Shown: positions 12,295 to 21,376 of the stretch, piece by piece
How the letters are laid out: every line of letters starts with the position of its first letter
Position numbering within the stretch: position 1 is the stretch's first letter
DNA from: an uncultured Bacillota bacterium
GTDB taxonomy: Bacteria; Bacillota_I; Bacilli_A; Izemoplasmatales; UBA1188
Length of the DNA stretch: 49,362 nt
Reading direction: 5' to 3'
Assembly (NCBI GenBank): GCA_937907585.1
Contig: CALCVH010000018.1
Coordinates: 1 to 49,362 of the forward strand
The notes under the pieces: generated by a model
Told to the model about the DNA's origin: nothing
What the model saw: the letters and a program-made list of their open reading frames with translations, nothing else
The model's database searches: none
Program-made: the position numbers and the translations under genes

Positions 12295-13059
12295 ATGGAT
12301 AAAGACATTAAGAAAGGTTTGATTATTAATACAATAGTTGGAGGAATTTTCTTCGTCCTTCTTTTGGTGTTCTACCTATTTGATAAATCTAATTCTATTG
12401 GTTTTTTATCAAGGGATTTATCGACCAATAGATTTATAGGTAGACTCATCCCAATACTCATTATAGGATTTTTAATTGTTTCATTAATATCTTATATAAT
12501 GAATATTCTATTCTTAATTAGACCTTCTAAAGATGATAACTCAAATAAAAAAGTGATGGATTCAACAAATACTTTAAATATTGTCCCAATTGTATTAGCG
12601 ATATTCTTATGTATAGACGCCTTCTTCTTTAGCCCAGTAAGAGTGTCTGGTTCATCTATGAATGATACGCTTTCTAATAATGATATTCTTCTTATTTCTA
12701 GATCATACAGGTCTATTGACCATGGAGATATAATAATTGTCGAAAAGGAAGATGGTGATTTCATTATTAAAAGAGTAGTCGCTAAAGAAGGTGACAAAAT
12801 CAAAGTAGATAGTAATAGATGCGTTTATGTTAATGATGAATTAATAGAGATGAGCAATGGCTGGAAAAGCGGAAGATTTGTCGAAATTGAAGAAAGAGTA
12901 TTAGAAAAGGGTGAATATTATTGTTTAGGTGATAATAGAAATAATTCTAGTGATTCAAGATACTATGGAATCTTCAAAGAAGAACAAATCATAGGTAAAG
13001 TATTTATCAGTATTTATCCATTGAATTTTAAAATTGAAGAAAAAATTGTCTATAAATAG
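12295..13059 (+). CDS. lepB: signal peptidase I
   Basis: Catalytic Ser box SGSSMNDTL, Lys box IKRVVAKEGD and box E GDNRNNSSDSRYYG, with N-terminal TM helices. The ATG at 12295 is preferred because the 12250 start would overlap ftsK. The start remains uncertain. Confidence 0.85.
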   Translation: MDKDIKKGLIINTIVGGIFFVLLLVFYLFDKSNSIGFLSRDLSTNRFIGRLIPILIIGFLIVSLISYIMNILFLIRPSKDDNSNKKVMDSTNTLNIVPIVLAIFLCIDAFFFSPVRVSGSSMNDTLSNNDILLISRSYRSIDHGDIIIVEKEDGDFIIKRVVAKEGDKIKVDSNRCVYVNDELIEMSNGWKSGRFVEIEERVLEKGEYYCLGDNRNNSSDSRYYGIFKEEQIIGKVFISIYPLNFKIEEKIVYK

Positions 13060-13068
13060 GTATTGATA

Positions 13069-13920
13069 ATGGAAAAAGCGATTCATTGGTATCCCGGCCA
13101 TATGGCCAAAACATATAGACTAATTAAAGAAAAAATAAAACTTGTTGATGTGGTTATTGAAGTATTAGACTCTAGAGTGCCTAATGCTTCTTTAAACAAG
13201 AACATAAGAGACGTTATTGGGAATAAGCCACTATTAAGGATACTCAATAAAGCTGATTTAAGCGACAAAAAAGAAACTGAAAAATGGTTAAAGGAACTGA
13301 ATAAAGAAAGTTATACTATAATGCTTGATTCTCTTAATGGAACAGGTAATATTAATAAAATTAGCGATGCGATAGATATATTGTTAAAAGAAAAAAACGA
13401 AAAAGATAAAAGTAATGGAAAAAGAATATATCCTATTAGAGCGATGGTTATGGGAATACCTAATGTTGGAAAATCAACTTTATTAAATAACCTCGCTAAA
13501 AGAAGAGCTTTAAATGTTGGAGATAGACCAGGTGTCACTAAAAATATGCAGTATTTAAAAGCGAATGATAAACTTCTTCTTCTTGATAATCCAGGAACAT
13601 TATGGCCTAAATTTGAATCCGATGAACAAGCTCACTTATTAGCTTTAATAGGTTCTATAAAAGATGAAATATTACCTATTCCAAATATCGCTATATATGG
13701 TCTTGAAAAGATTAAAGAATTTTATCCAGAAATGCTTAAAAATAGATATAAATTAGATAATATTGATTTACCAAATAATGAAATATTTATGGAAATTGGT
13801 AAGAAGCGTGGATGTTTAATTAAAGGTGGAGAAGTCGATATCGATAAGGTTTATGATTTATTTATTAAAGAACTAAGAAGCGCTAAGATTGGAGAGATGA
13901 CTTTTGAAAGAACAAATTGA
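13069..13920 (+). CDS. rbgA: ribosome biogenesis GTPase A (YlqF/RbgA)
   Basis: N-terminal IHWYPGHMAK and circularly permuted GTPase motifs (NKADL ... GIPNVGKST ... DNPG). The ATG at 13069 is preferred to the TTG at 13063. Confidence 0.9.
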   Translation: MEKAIHWYPGHMAKTYRLIKEKIKLVDVVIEVLDSRVPNASLNKNIRDVIGNKPLLRILNKADLSDKKETEKWLKELNKESYTIMLDSLNGTGNINKISDAIDILLKEKNEKDKSNGKRIYPIRAMVMGIPNVGKSTLLNNLAKRRALNVGDRPGVTKNMQYLKANDKLLLLDNPGTLWPKFESDEQAHLLALIGSIKDEILPIPNIAIYGLEKIKEFYPEMLKNRYKLDNIDLPNNEIFMEIGKKRGCLIKGGEVDIDKVYDLFIKELRSAKIGEMTFERTN

Positions 13921-14542
13921 TTTATATAAATATGAAAATGAATTATTGAATAAAGGATATAAGTTAATTGCGGGATGTGATGAAGCTGGTAGAGGCTCTC
14001 TAGTTGGTAGCGTTTATTGCGCATCAGTAATATTAGATCCACTAAATAAGATAGAAGGATTAAATGATTCTAAACAATTGACAGAAAAGAAAAGAGAAAA
14101 ACTATATCTAGAGATTAAAGAAAAAGCGCTATTTTACAAAATAGTCGCTATAGATAATGAAACAATAGATAAAATTAATATATTAGAAGCCTCTAGGCTT
14201 GGGATGATGAACGCAGTTAAGGAATTAGGTGTTAAACCTGATTATATACTTACTGATTATATGAAACTATATGATATTGATACTCCAGTATTAGATTTGG
14301 CTCATGGTGATGCGTTAAGCGCATCTATCGCTGCCGCATCAATATTAGCTAAGGTTGAAAGAGATCATTATTTAATTGAACTTGATAAAGAATATCCTGA
14401 GTATCATTTTAAAGAAAATAAAGGGTACGCTACTAAAAGCCATAAAGAAGCTTTAAAAAAGTATGGTCCTACAAAACTCCATAGGATGAGTTACGCTCCT
14501 GTTAAAGAAGTAACTTTAATCCAATATAGTTTAGATATATAA
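13904..14542 (+). CDS. rnhB: ribonuclease HII
   Basis: 212 aa with GCDEAGRGSLVGSV (DEAGRG), DSKQL and a KGYAT...H tail. It uses a TTG start with a GGAGAG RBS 7 nt upstream and overlaps the rbgA end. Confidence 0.92.
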   Translation: MKEQIDLYKYENELLNKGYKLIAGCDEAGRGSLVGSVYCASVILDPLNKIEGLNDSKQLTEKKREKLYLEIKEKALFYKIVAIDNETIDKINILEASRLGMMNAVKELGVKPDYILTDYMKLYDIDTPVLDLAHGDALSASIAAASILAKVERDHYLIELDKEYPEYHFKENKGYATKSHKEALKKYGPTKLHRMSYAPVKEVTLIQYSLDI

Positions 14543-14555
14543 GATGGGTTTTATT

Positions 14556-14584
14556 GAAATAGATATATTCTATTTCTTTTTTTA
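14556..14584 (+). terminator. weak intrinsic terminator after rnhB
   Basis: The AT-rich hairpin gaaataga-tatat-tctatttc is followed by a tttttttatt tract. Confidence 0.4.
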
Positions 14585-14589
14585 TTCAG

Positions 14590-14622
14590 AAAAAAATAAT
14601 AGGCACGAAAAATCGTGCCTAT
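14590..14622 (-). terminator. intrinsic terminator after ffh
   Basis: The stem ataggcacga/tcgtgcctat (14599-14608 and 14613-14622) has a 4-nt loop. On the minus strand it is followed by a T-run (attattttttt). Confidence 0.7.
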
Positions 14623-14649
14623 AACTACCTACCTAATTTTCGAAAGCTT

Positions 14650-16044
14650 TTATCTTCTTCCTTTTCCGTGAGATTGATAATTTGGATCAAATCCTCTTAT
14701 TTCACCATTTTGGAATCTTTCTGCGGCTTGTTGGAGTTTAGCTTCGTCCATACCAGCCATCATCTTGAATGCTTTCTTTTGTTTCTCTAACATCTGTTCA
14801 AGTTTATTAACATCTGTTAGGCTTCTGCCAGAACCTGCGGCGATTCTTCTTTTTCTTGATGAACTCATCGCGATAATTGATGGATCTCTTCTTTCTTCTG
14901 GTGTCATTGAATCTATAATTACATTAACAAAATCTAATGCGTTATCATCAACATCTTTAAGTTGAGATAAGTTAGACATACCTGGAATCATCTTTAATAG
15001 TCCTGACAAACGGCCCATTCTATTAATCATCTTAAGCTGTTTTCTTAAGTCATTATAGTTGTATGTTCCATCCATCATTTTCTTCATGAGTTTTTCTGAT
15101 TCTTCTTCGCTTAAAGCTTCTTCTGCTTTTTCAACTAAAGTCAGAATATCACCCATGCCTAGGATACGTGAAGCCATTCTATCAGGATAGAACACTTCAA
15201 GATCATCCATCTTTTCGCCTATACCACTAAACTTAATTGGTACTCCAGTTACTTTCTTAACTGATAATGCAGCACCACCTCTTTGGTCGCCATCTAACTT
15301 AGTTAAAATTACGCCAGTAATTCCAACTTCTTCATTAAATGTTCTAGCGACATTAGCGGCTTCTTGACCCATCATTGAATCTACTGTTAATAGAATTTCA
15401 GATGGTTTTACTTCTTTCTTGATATCTTTTAATTCTTGAATTAGTGGTTCATCTATTTCAAGACGTCCTGCGGTATCGATTAATACAACATCATATCCTT
15501 CTTTTCTTGCTTTAGATAAAGCTTCTTTAGCGATTGTGACAGGGTTAGTTTTACCCATATCAAAACAATCAGTATTTACGCTTGACGCAACTGTTTTTAA
15601 TTGTTCGATTGCGGCTGGTCTATAAATATCACCCGCAACGAGTAAAACTTTCTTGTTGTAATTTTTATTTATATACTTAGCTAATTTACCAGCGTGAGTA
15701 GTTTTACCTGCACCCTGTAAACCTATAAGCATAATTACACTAACGCCTTTATCTTCAAGTATTAATTCAGATTCAGTTGAACCCATGAATTTAGTTAATT
15801 CATCTGATACTATCTTAACTACCTGTTGACCAGGGTTTAAACCCTTCATTATTTTTTCGCCTAGCGCTTTTTGTTTACAGTCATTAACAAAACTATTAAC
15901 TACCTGAATATTAACATCGGCTTCAAGAAGTGATAGTCTCACTTCCTTCATCATTTCATCAATATCTTTTTCATTTAAATAGTCCTTATGAACAAATCTT
16001 CTAAGGGCCATATTTAATCTACTTGTAAGGTTTTCAAAAGCCAT
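14650..16044 (-). CDS. ffh: signal recognition particle protein Ffh
   Basis: N-terminal MAFENLTSRL, the NG domain (GLQGAGKTT, DTAGR, TKLDGD) and a Met-rich M domain. The ATG at 16044 has a GGAG RBS; the annotated 16059 start is upstream of it. Confidence 0.95.
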   Translation of the reverse strand: MAFENLTSRLNMALRRFVHKDYLNEKDIDEMMKEVRLSLLEADVNIQVVNSFVNDCKQKALGEKIMKGLNPGQQVVKIVSDELTKFMGSTESELILEDKGVSVIMLIGLQGAGKTTHAGKLAKYINKNYNKKVLLVAGDIYRPAAIEQLKTVASSVNTDCFDMGKTNPVTIAKEALSKARKEGYDVVLIDTAGRLEIDEPLIQELKDIKKEVKPSEILLTVDSMMGQEAANVARTFNEEVGITGVILTKLDGDQRGGAALSVKKVTGVPIKFSGIGEKMDDLEVFYPDRMASRILGMGDILTLVEKAEEALSEEESEKLMKKMMDGTYNYNDLRKQLKMINRMGRLSGLLKMIPGMSNLSQLKDVDDNALDFVNVIIDSMTPEERRDPSIIAMSSSRKRRIAAGSGRSLTDVNKLEQMLEKQKKAFKMMAGMDEAKLQQAAERFQNGEIRGFDPNYQSHGKGRR

Positions 16045-16045
16045 A

Positions 16046-16363
16046 TTATATCTCCTCAAGTTCTTTAATTAAATCATTAACTTCACTAATGTTTAATTCT
16101 TTTAATTTTTTATATTTTTCTTCTCTTTTTAAATCATTTTCATAAAGATGAAGTTTCATTTCATATTTATTAATTGAATCAACTGTAAGATTGAGTTGTG
16201 AATATACTGCATTTCTGCTTACAGAATAATTTTCAGCTATTTCAGATAAACTCATATTTTCAAAATAGAATGCTTCAAAGTAATCTCTTTGTTTTTCTGT
16301 CAATAGTTCTTTATAGTAGTCATATAGAGAATTCAAGCGAATAGTATCTTCTATCTTATTCAC
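16046..16363 (-). CDS. ylxM: YlxM/p13-like putative DNA-binding protein (UPF0122)
   Basis: About 105 aa with LYDYYKELLTEKQRDYFEAFYFENMSLSEIAENYSVSRNAVY, the sigma-70 region-4-like HTH typical of YlxM, in the conserved ftsY-ylxM-ffh position. I place the start at the GTG at 16363, 6 nt after a perfect AGGAGG. The longer ORF start at 16459 lies inside ftsY. Confidence 0.8.
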   Translation of the reverse strand: MNKIEDTIRLNSLYDYYKELLTEKQRDYFEAFYFENMSLSEIAENYSVSRNAVYSQLNLTVDSINKYEMKLHLYENDLKREEKYKKLKELNISEVNDLIKELEEI

Positions 16364-17339
16364 TATTTTCCTCCTCAAACAAAACTCCATTGAATATTGA
16401 ATATAGATAATTATCAATATTGAAGACATCAAAATCTTCTGCTTTCTCACCGAATCCATATAACTTAACTGGTATTTCTAATGAGTTAGAAATTGATAAT
16501 ACTATTCCACCTTTTGAAGAACCATCAAGTTTAGTAAGAATAACGCCAGTTACTTTTGCGACTTCATTAAACACTTTAGCTTGATTTAATCCGTTTTGTC
16601 CTGTTGTCGCATCAACTACTAAGAAAGCTTCATGTGGAGCTCCGTCTATTTCTCTACCTATAACTTTATAGATCTTTTCAAGCTCCTTCATCAAGTTAAT
16701 TTTTGTTTGTAATCTTCCCGCAGTATCAATTAAAACATAATCGATTTTCTGTGCTTTCGCACTTCTTAATCCTTCAAATATTACGCTCGCAGGATCAGCT
16801 CCATCCTGTTTATAAATAACAGGAATATTTAATCTTTCACCCCAAGTAATAAGCTGTTCTTTAGCCGCAGCACGGAAAGTATCGCCAGCGATTAACATAA
16901 CGCTTTTATTTTCGTTTTTTAGTTTATATGCGAGTTTCGCAATAGATGTTGTCTTTCCAGTTCCATTAACACCCATAAATAGATAAACTGTTGGTCCATT
17001 ACTTGCGGATACTAATTTCTCATTTTCTCTACCCTTATACATCGAATAGAAAGTATCAAAAAGGAATGATTTTAATTTATCAACATCTGTAATCTTTTCC
17101 CTTTTTATTGTTTTCTTTAAAGATTCCATATATTGTAAAACAAAATCAATACCCATATCAGAAAGAATCAATGTTTCTTCAAGTTCATTTAAAAAAGAAT
17201 CATCAACTTTCTTTTTTGTTTCTAAAAGATGCTTTAATCCTTGAAAAGAATACTCTTTAGTCTTTTTAAGGCCGAGTTCCATCTTTTTAGCTTTTTGTTT
17301 TTCTTCTTTAGATTTAAATAAATTCTTAAACCAGCCCAT
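16356..17339 (-). CDS. ftsY: signal recognition particle receptor FtsY
   Basis: 327 aa with a short basic A region and an NG domain (GVNGTGKTT, DTAGR, TKLDGS). Confidence 0.95.
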   Translation of the reverse strand: MGWFKNLFKSKEEKQKAKKMELGLKKTKEYSFQGLKHLLETKKKVDDSFLNELEETLILSDMGIDFVLQYMESLKKTIKREKITDVDKLKSFLFDTFYSMYKGRENEKLVSASNGPTVYLFMGVNGTGKTTSIAKLAYKLKNENKSVMLIAGDTFRAAAKEQLITWGERLNIPVIYKQDGADPASVIFEGLRSAKAQKIDYVLIDTAGRLQTKINLMKELEKIYKVIGREIDGAPHEAFLVVDATTGQNGLNQAKVFNEVAKVTGVILTKLDGSSKGGIVLSISNSLEIPVKLYGFGEKAEDFDVFNIDNYLYSIFNGVLFEEENSE

Positions 17340-17358
17340 AATTCACCTATCTTTGAAT

Positions 17359-17387
17359 ATTATACCATAAACTGATAAAAAATAAGA
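17359..17387 (-). promoter_or_regulatory. putative extended -10 promoter for ftsY-ylxM-ffh
   Basis: The minus strand reads tatgGTATAAT (TGgTATAAT; hexamer at 17359-17364). The -35 position falls in the topA terminator stem. Confidence 0.4.
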
Positions 17388-17404
17388 ATACATCGTGTAT
17401 TCTT
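17374..17404 (-). terminator. intrinsic terminator after topA
   Basis: The 9-bp stem aagaataca/tgtattctt (17385-17393 and 17397-17405 region) has loop tcg. On the minus strand it is followed by TTTTTT, immediately after the topA TGA stop. Confidence 0.75.
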
Positions 17405-17405
17405 A

Positions 17406-19370
17406 TCATTTAGTCTTGATTTGGTTGATTTTGCTGATGGTAAATTTACAGCTTGGATAGTTTGAACATCCCCAGAACTTCTTGCCAGCTTTAGGGCCAA
17501 CTCTTGATACTCTTTCAACAAGATAACCTGTATGGCATTCAGGACATTCAATCTTAGGAGCGTCCTCTTTTTGTTCATGCTTGATATATTTACATCTTGG
17601 ATAATTTGAACAAGCTTCAAACATTCCATTTTTATTAGATCTATAAACCATCTTAGAACCACAGTTTGGGCACACTTCTCCTGTTTCAATTGGTTTAAGT
17701 GATGATTTCTTTTCATCAAGAAGAGTCATGAACTCATTATAGAATGAAGGAACAACATCAGATTCTTTTATATCGCCTAGAGCGATTTCATCTAAGTTCT
17801 TTTCCATGTTCGCAGTATAGTCAACATTGACTATTTCACCGAAGTTTTCTATTAAGAATTTAGATGCGCCTTTTCCAATCTGTGTAGGAACAATTTCTTT
17901 CTTTACAATAGTAACGTAGTTTCTAGATTTTAAAATTTCTATAGTTGATGAATATGTTGATGGTCTACCTATTCCAGATGATTCCATCTCTTTAACTATG
18001 CTTGCTTCAGTGAATCTTTTAGGACCTTCTGTTTCTTTTTTTAAGAGTTTTGGCTCCTGAGTAGATGTCATCACATCTCCGATTTCATGTTTAAACTCAT
18101 AAGGTTCTTTTTCTTTTTCGGTTCTATTCTTTTTAAAACCATCAAAGATTCTCTTTTCAAAAGTAACAGTGAAGTTGTAATTATGATTTGTTAAAGTAAC
18201 AGTCTTGGTTTCAACTTCAGTATCCTTCATCATAGATTCAACTGTTTGATTATATATGAGAGTATATATCTTTAATTGGTCATTATTTAGATATTCCTTG
18301 GCTTTTTCAACTGTCATATATAATGAAACAGGTCTGATTGCTTCATGCGCGTCTTGGGCGTTTTTATTAGTTTTAAAATTATGTGAAGATAAGTATTCTT
18401 TGCCAAACGTATTAACAATATGACCAACTAACTGTTTTTTAAACACATCACTAATTCTAATTGAATCAGTTCTCATATAGCTGATGAAGGCTATATGTTT
18501 AGAATTAGCTTCAACACCTTCATATAATTCTTGCGCTATTTTCATTGTCTTTTTGCTGGACATATTATATTTATTTAACGCAGCTTGAATTAGTGTTGAA
18601 GTAGTGAATGGAGAACCAGGTTTTTCATATTTGGTTCCATATTTAATATCAGATACAACAAATGAATTATCTAATTCACTTACTATTTTATTCGCCAGTT
18701 CCTCATCATTTATCTTCCAAGCAGTCTGTTTTCCTGCTTCAGTTAACATAGCTTTAAAGTGTCTAAATTGAACTTCTACTTGATAATAAACAACAGGAGT
18801 AAAATTCTTGATTGCTTCTTCTCTATCAGTAATCATCTTTAATGTAGCGGATTGAACTCTTCCTGCACTAATATTAGCGTTTGATGACGATCCTAAAACA
18901 TGTTTTAATACTGATGATAGCTTATAACCGATTATTCTATCTATTATCTTTCTTGTTTCTTGCGCTTCAAATAGATTTTCATCTATATCTCTTGGATTCT
19001 TTATAGCTTCTAATATCGCTGGTTCAGTAATTTCGTTAAATTCGATTCTTTTAACATCTTTACCACCAAGATTAAGAGTTTCTTTTAAATGCCAAGAAAT
19101 GGCTTCACCTTCCCTATCAGGGTCGGTTGCGAGGTATACTCTATCACTTTTCTTAACAACTTCATTCAACATCTTAATAGTTGAATATTGTTTAGGAATG
19201 ATTCCATAGATTGGCTTGTAGTTATTTTCTAAATCCAAGCCTAAATTATCTTTTCCAGTATTTTCAATATCTCTTATATGCCCTTTTGTCGCAACCACAT
19301 CATAGTCGCTACCAAGATATTGTTTTATTGTCTTAGTCTTGCTTGGAGATTCAACAATAACCAAATTCAT
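17406..19370 (-). CDS. topA: DNA topoisomerase I
   Basis: 654 aa with the Toprim N-terminus (LVIVESPSK, DPDREGE), the active-site region SYMRTDS, and two C-terminal C4 zinc ribbons (CPNCGS...CSNYPRC; CPEC...CSNYPSC). It ends in TGA. Confidence 0.95.
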   Translation of the reverse strand: MNLVIVESPSKTKTIKQYLGSDYDVVATKGHIRDIENTGKDNLGLDLENNYKPIYGIIPKQYSTIKMLNEVVKKSDRVYLATDPDREGEAISWHLKETLNLGGKDVKRIEFNEITEPAILEAIKNPRDIDENLFEAQETRKIIDRIIGYKLSSVLKHVLGSSSNANISAGRVQSATLKMITDREEAIKNFTPVVYYQVEVQFRHFKAMLTEAGKQTAWKINDEELANKIVSELDNSFVVSDIKYGTKYEKPGSPFTTSTLIQAALNKYNMSSKKTMKIAQELYEGVEANSKHIAFISYMRTDSIRISDVFKKQLVGHIVNTFGKEYLSSHNFKTNKNAQDAHEAIRPVSLYMTVEKAKEYLNNDQLKIYTLIYNQTVESMMKDTEVETKTVTLTNHNYNFTVTFEKRIFDGFKKNRTEKEKEPYEFKHEIGDVMTSTQEPKLLKKETEGPKRFTEASIVKEMESSGIGRPSTYSSTIEILKSRNYVTIVKKEIVPTQIGKGASKFLIENFGEIVNVDYTANMEKNLDEIALGDIKESDVVPSFYNEFMTLLDEKKSSLKPIETGEVCPNCGSKMVYRSNKNGMFEACSNYPRCKYIKHEQKEDAPKIECPECHTGYLVERVSRVGPKAGKKFWGCSNYPSCKFTISKINQIKTK

Positions 19371-19399
19371 AGAGCCACCTCCTTTTTTCGTGCAAGTAA

Positions 19400-19429
19400 A
19401 TTATACACACAATAAGGGCCTTAAATCAA
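19400..19429 (-). promoter_or_regulatory. putative sigma-A promoter for topA
   Basis: The minus strand reads TTGATT (19424-19429), an 18-nt spacer, then TATAAT (19400-19405), followed by a leader with the AAGGAGG RBS. Confidence 0.45.
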
Positions 19430-19440
19430 ATAAAAAAATA

Positions 19441-19478
19441 AAATAAAAAAAGACCTTTATTCTTTTATAATAAAGGTC
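19441..19478 (-). terminator. intrinsic terminator overlapping the last codons of prmC
   Basis: The 10-bp stem gacctttatt/aataaaggtc (19452-19461 and 19469-19478) is followed on the minus strand by TTTTTTTATTTT. The stem includes the prmC stop codon. Confidence 0.7.
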
Positions 19479-20299
19479 ATTCTATCGCGGTCCATTGAAT
19501 CTTTAAGATTAACAATCATACAATCATCAAAATAGTTCTTGATAATCTTATTTAATTCGTCTTTTGTATCATATCCATGTTCAAATCCGATAACGAATTT
19601 ATCATTAACATATTTTCTTGCGTCTTTTAGAATATCTCTATAGAATTTAAGTCCATCTTCTCCGCCATATAGCGCAACATCAGGTTCATTATTTTTAACT
19701 ATATCTTCAACATATTCAGTCTCCTTTAAATAAGGAGGATTAGAAACGATGATGTCAAACTTTTCATTTTCAAATGGACTAAACCAACTTCCTACTCTAA
19801 AATCAATCTTTGCTTCATTTAATGAAGCGCTTCTTTTAGCTTCCATAATCGCATCAATCGATATATCTGAAGCATAGACTTCCATATTAGCTTCTTCTTT
19901 AGATAAGGCTATTGCGATAGCGCCTGATCCAGTGCCTAAATCAAGAACTTTTATTTTCTTTCCTTTAAACATTCTATCATAATATATAAGTATATTATTA
20001 GCGAGCTCTTCAGTTTCCCATCTTGGAATTAAAGTTCCTTCATTGACTAGAATTTTATATCCATAGAAATAGGCATATCCAAGGATATATTGGATAGGCC
20101 TTTTTTTAACTGTATAATCATTTAATAATTCTAGATATTTCTTTTCAACATCAAGAGGAGCGTCATTATCTAAGATAAGATATAACTCTGTAGGAGTTTT
20201 ATTAGAAGCTTCTAGTAACAAGCTTTTTACCGCAGTTTCTTCAAGACCTGCTTTTCTAGCTTCTTTTTCACCTTTCTTTAAAAGAGTTGTATATTTCAT
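19457..20299 (-). CDS. prmC: peptide chain release factor N5-glutamine methyltransferase
   Basis: 280 aa with the SAM motif LDLGTGSGAIAI and catalytic NPPY, directly downstream of prfA. Confidence 0.9.
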   Translation of the reverse strand: MKYTTLLKKGEKEARKAGLEETAVKSLLLEASNKTPTELYLILDNDAPLDVEKKYLELLNDYTVKKRPIQYILGYAYFYGYKILVNEGTLIPRWETEELANNILIYYDRMFKGKKIKVLDLGTGSGAIAIALSKEEANMEVYASDISIDAIMEAKRSASLNEAKIDFRVGSWFSPFENEKFDIIVSNPPYLKETEYVEDIVKNNEPDVALYGGEDGLKFYRDILKDARKYVNDKFVIGFEHGYDTKDELNKIIKNYFDDCMIVNLKDSMDRDRMTFIIKE

Positions 20300-20301
20300 T
20301 A

Positions 20302-21375
20302 TTAATCCTCTTTAGCTTCTAATTTTCTCTTTTGTTCCTCTAAAGTTAAAGCTTCAATAATAGGTTCTAATCTTCCTTCCATAACCTTATCAAGCTGTTG
20401 AATAGTAAAACCTATTCTATGATCTGTAACACGGTTTTGTGGATAGTTATAAGTTCTGATCTTTTCACTTCTATCGCCAGTACCTATCATAGATAGACGT
20501 TCAGCACCTTCTTTTTCAGCTTTTTCTCTTAACATTCTATCGTATAGTCTAGATTTTAAAACTTTTAAAGCTTGTGCTTTATTTTCGTGTTGGCTTCTTT
20601 CATCCTGACAAGTTACAATTGTGCCAGTAGGGATGTGAGTTACACGAATAGCGCTACAAGTTGTATTAACTCCTTGTCCTCCAGCTCCTGATGAATGGAA
20701 AATATCAACCCTAACGTCTTCCATATTTAATTCAAAATCAACATCTTCAGCTTCAGGAATAACAAGTACTGTAGCGGTAGATGTATGAATTCTACCCGAT
20801 GATTCAGTTACAGGAATTCTTTGAACTCTATGAACACCTGATTCATATTTTAATTTAGAATATGCACCATTAGATGAAATGATACATTCAATCTGTGAGA
20901 AGCCTCCAGCTTCACACACTTCAGCGTTTGTCACTTGAAGTTTTAAGCCGTTCGCTTCACAGTATCTAGAATACATTCTAAATAAATCTCCAGCGAAGAT
21001 ATTGGCTTCATCTCCTCCTGCAGCACCTCTTATCTGCATAACTACGTTCTTGTCGTCGTTAGGATCTTTAGGAATCAATAGAATCTGAAGTTCTTTTTCA
21101 ACTTCTGGAATTCTTTGTTTAGTTTCTTCTAATTCAAGCGCAGCCATTTCGCTAATCTCAGGATCTGGATCATTAGCCATCTCTTGAAGTTCGCTTAAAG
21201 ATGAATTTAATTTTTTGTATTCTTTATATTTTTCTAGTATTTCACTATATGAAGAGATTTCTTTAGAAAGCTCTGTCATTTTCTTTATATCCTGTTGAAG
21301 TTCTGGTTTAAGAAGCTCTTGAGATATAAATTCAGCTCTTTTTTCAATTTGTTCTAATCTAGCGGTTGTTAACAT
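20302..21375 (-). CDS. prfA: peptide chain release factor 1
   Basis: 357 aa with the RF1-type tripeptide region (RIPVTES), the GGQ motif (SGAGGQGVN) and the RIHTSTATV block. Confidence 0.96.
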   Translation of the reverse strand: MLTTARLEQIEKRAEFISQELLKPELQQDIKKMTELSKEISSYSEILEKYKEYKKLNSSLSELQEMANDPDPEISEMAALELEETKQRIPEVEKELQILLIPKDPNDDKNVVMQIRGAAGGDEANIFAGDLFRMYSRYCEANGLKLQVTNAEVCEAGGFSQIECIISSNGAYSKLKYESGVHRVQRIPVTESSGRIHTSTATVLVIPEAEDVDFELNMEDVRVDIFHSSGAGGQGVNTTCSAIRVTHIPTGTIVTCQDERSQHENKAQALKVLKSRLYDRMLREKAEKEGAERLSMIGTGDRSEKIRTYNYPQNRVTDHRIGFTIQQLDKVMEGRLEPIIEALTLEEQKRKLEAKED

Positions 21376-21376
21376 A

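Noticed and set aside
17360-17719. A 119-aa ORF overlapping the 3' end of topA in another frame.
   Set aside because: It overlaps the zinc-ribbon region of topA, which is clearly the real frame because the CxxC...CxxC motifs are conserved. It also spans the topA terminator, and its sequence has no recognisable features.
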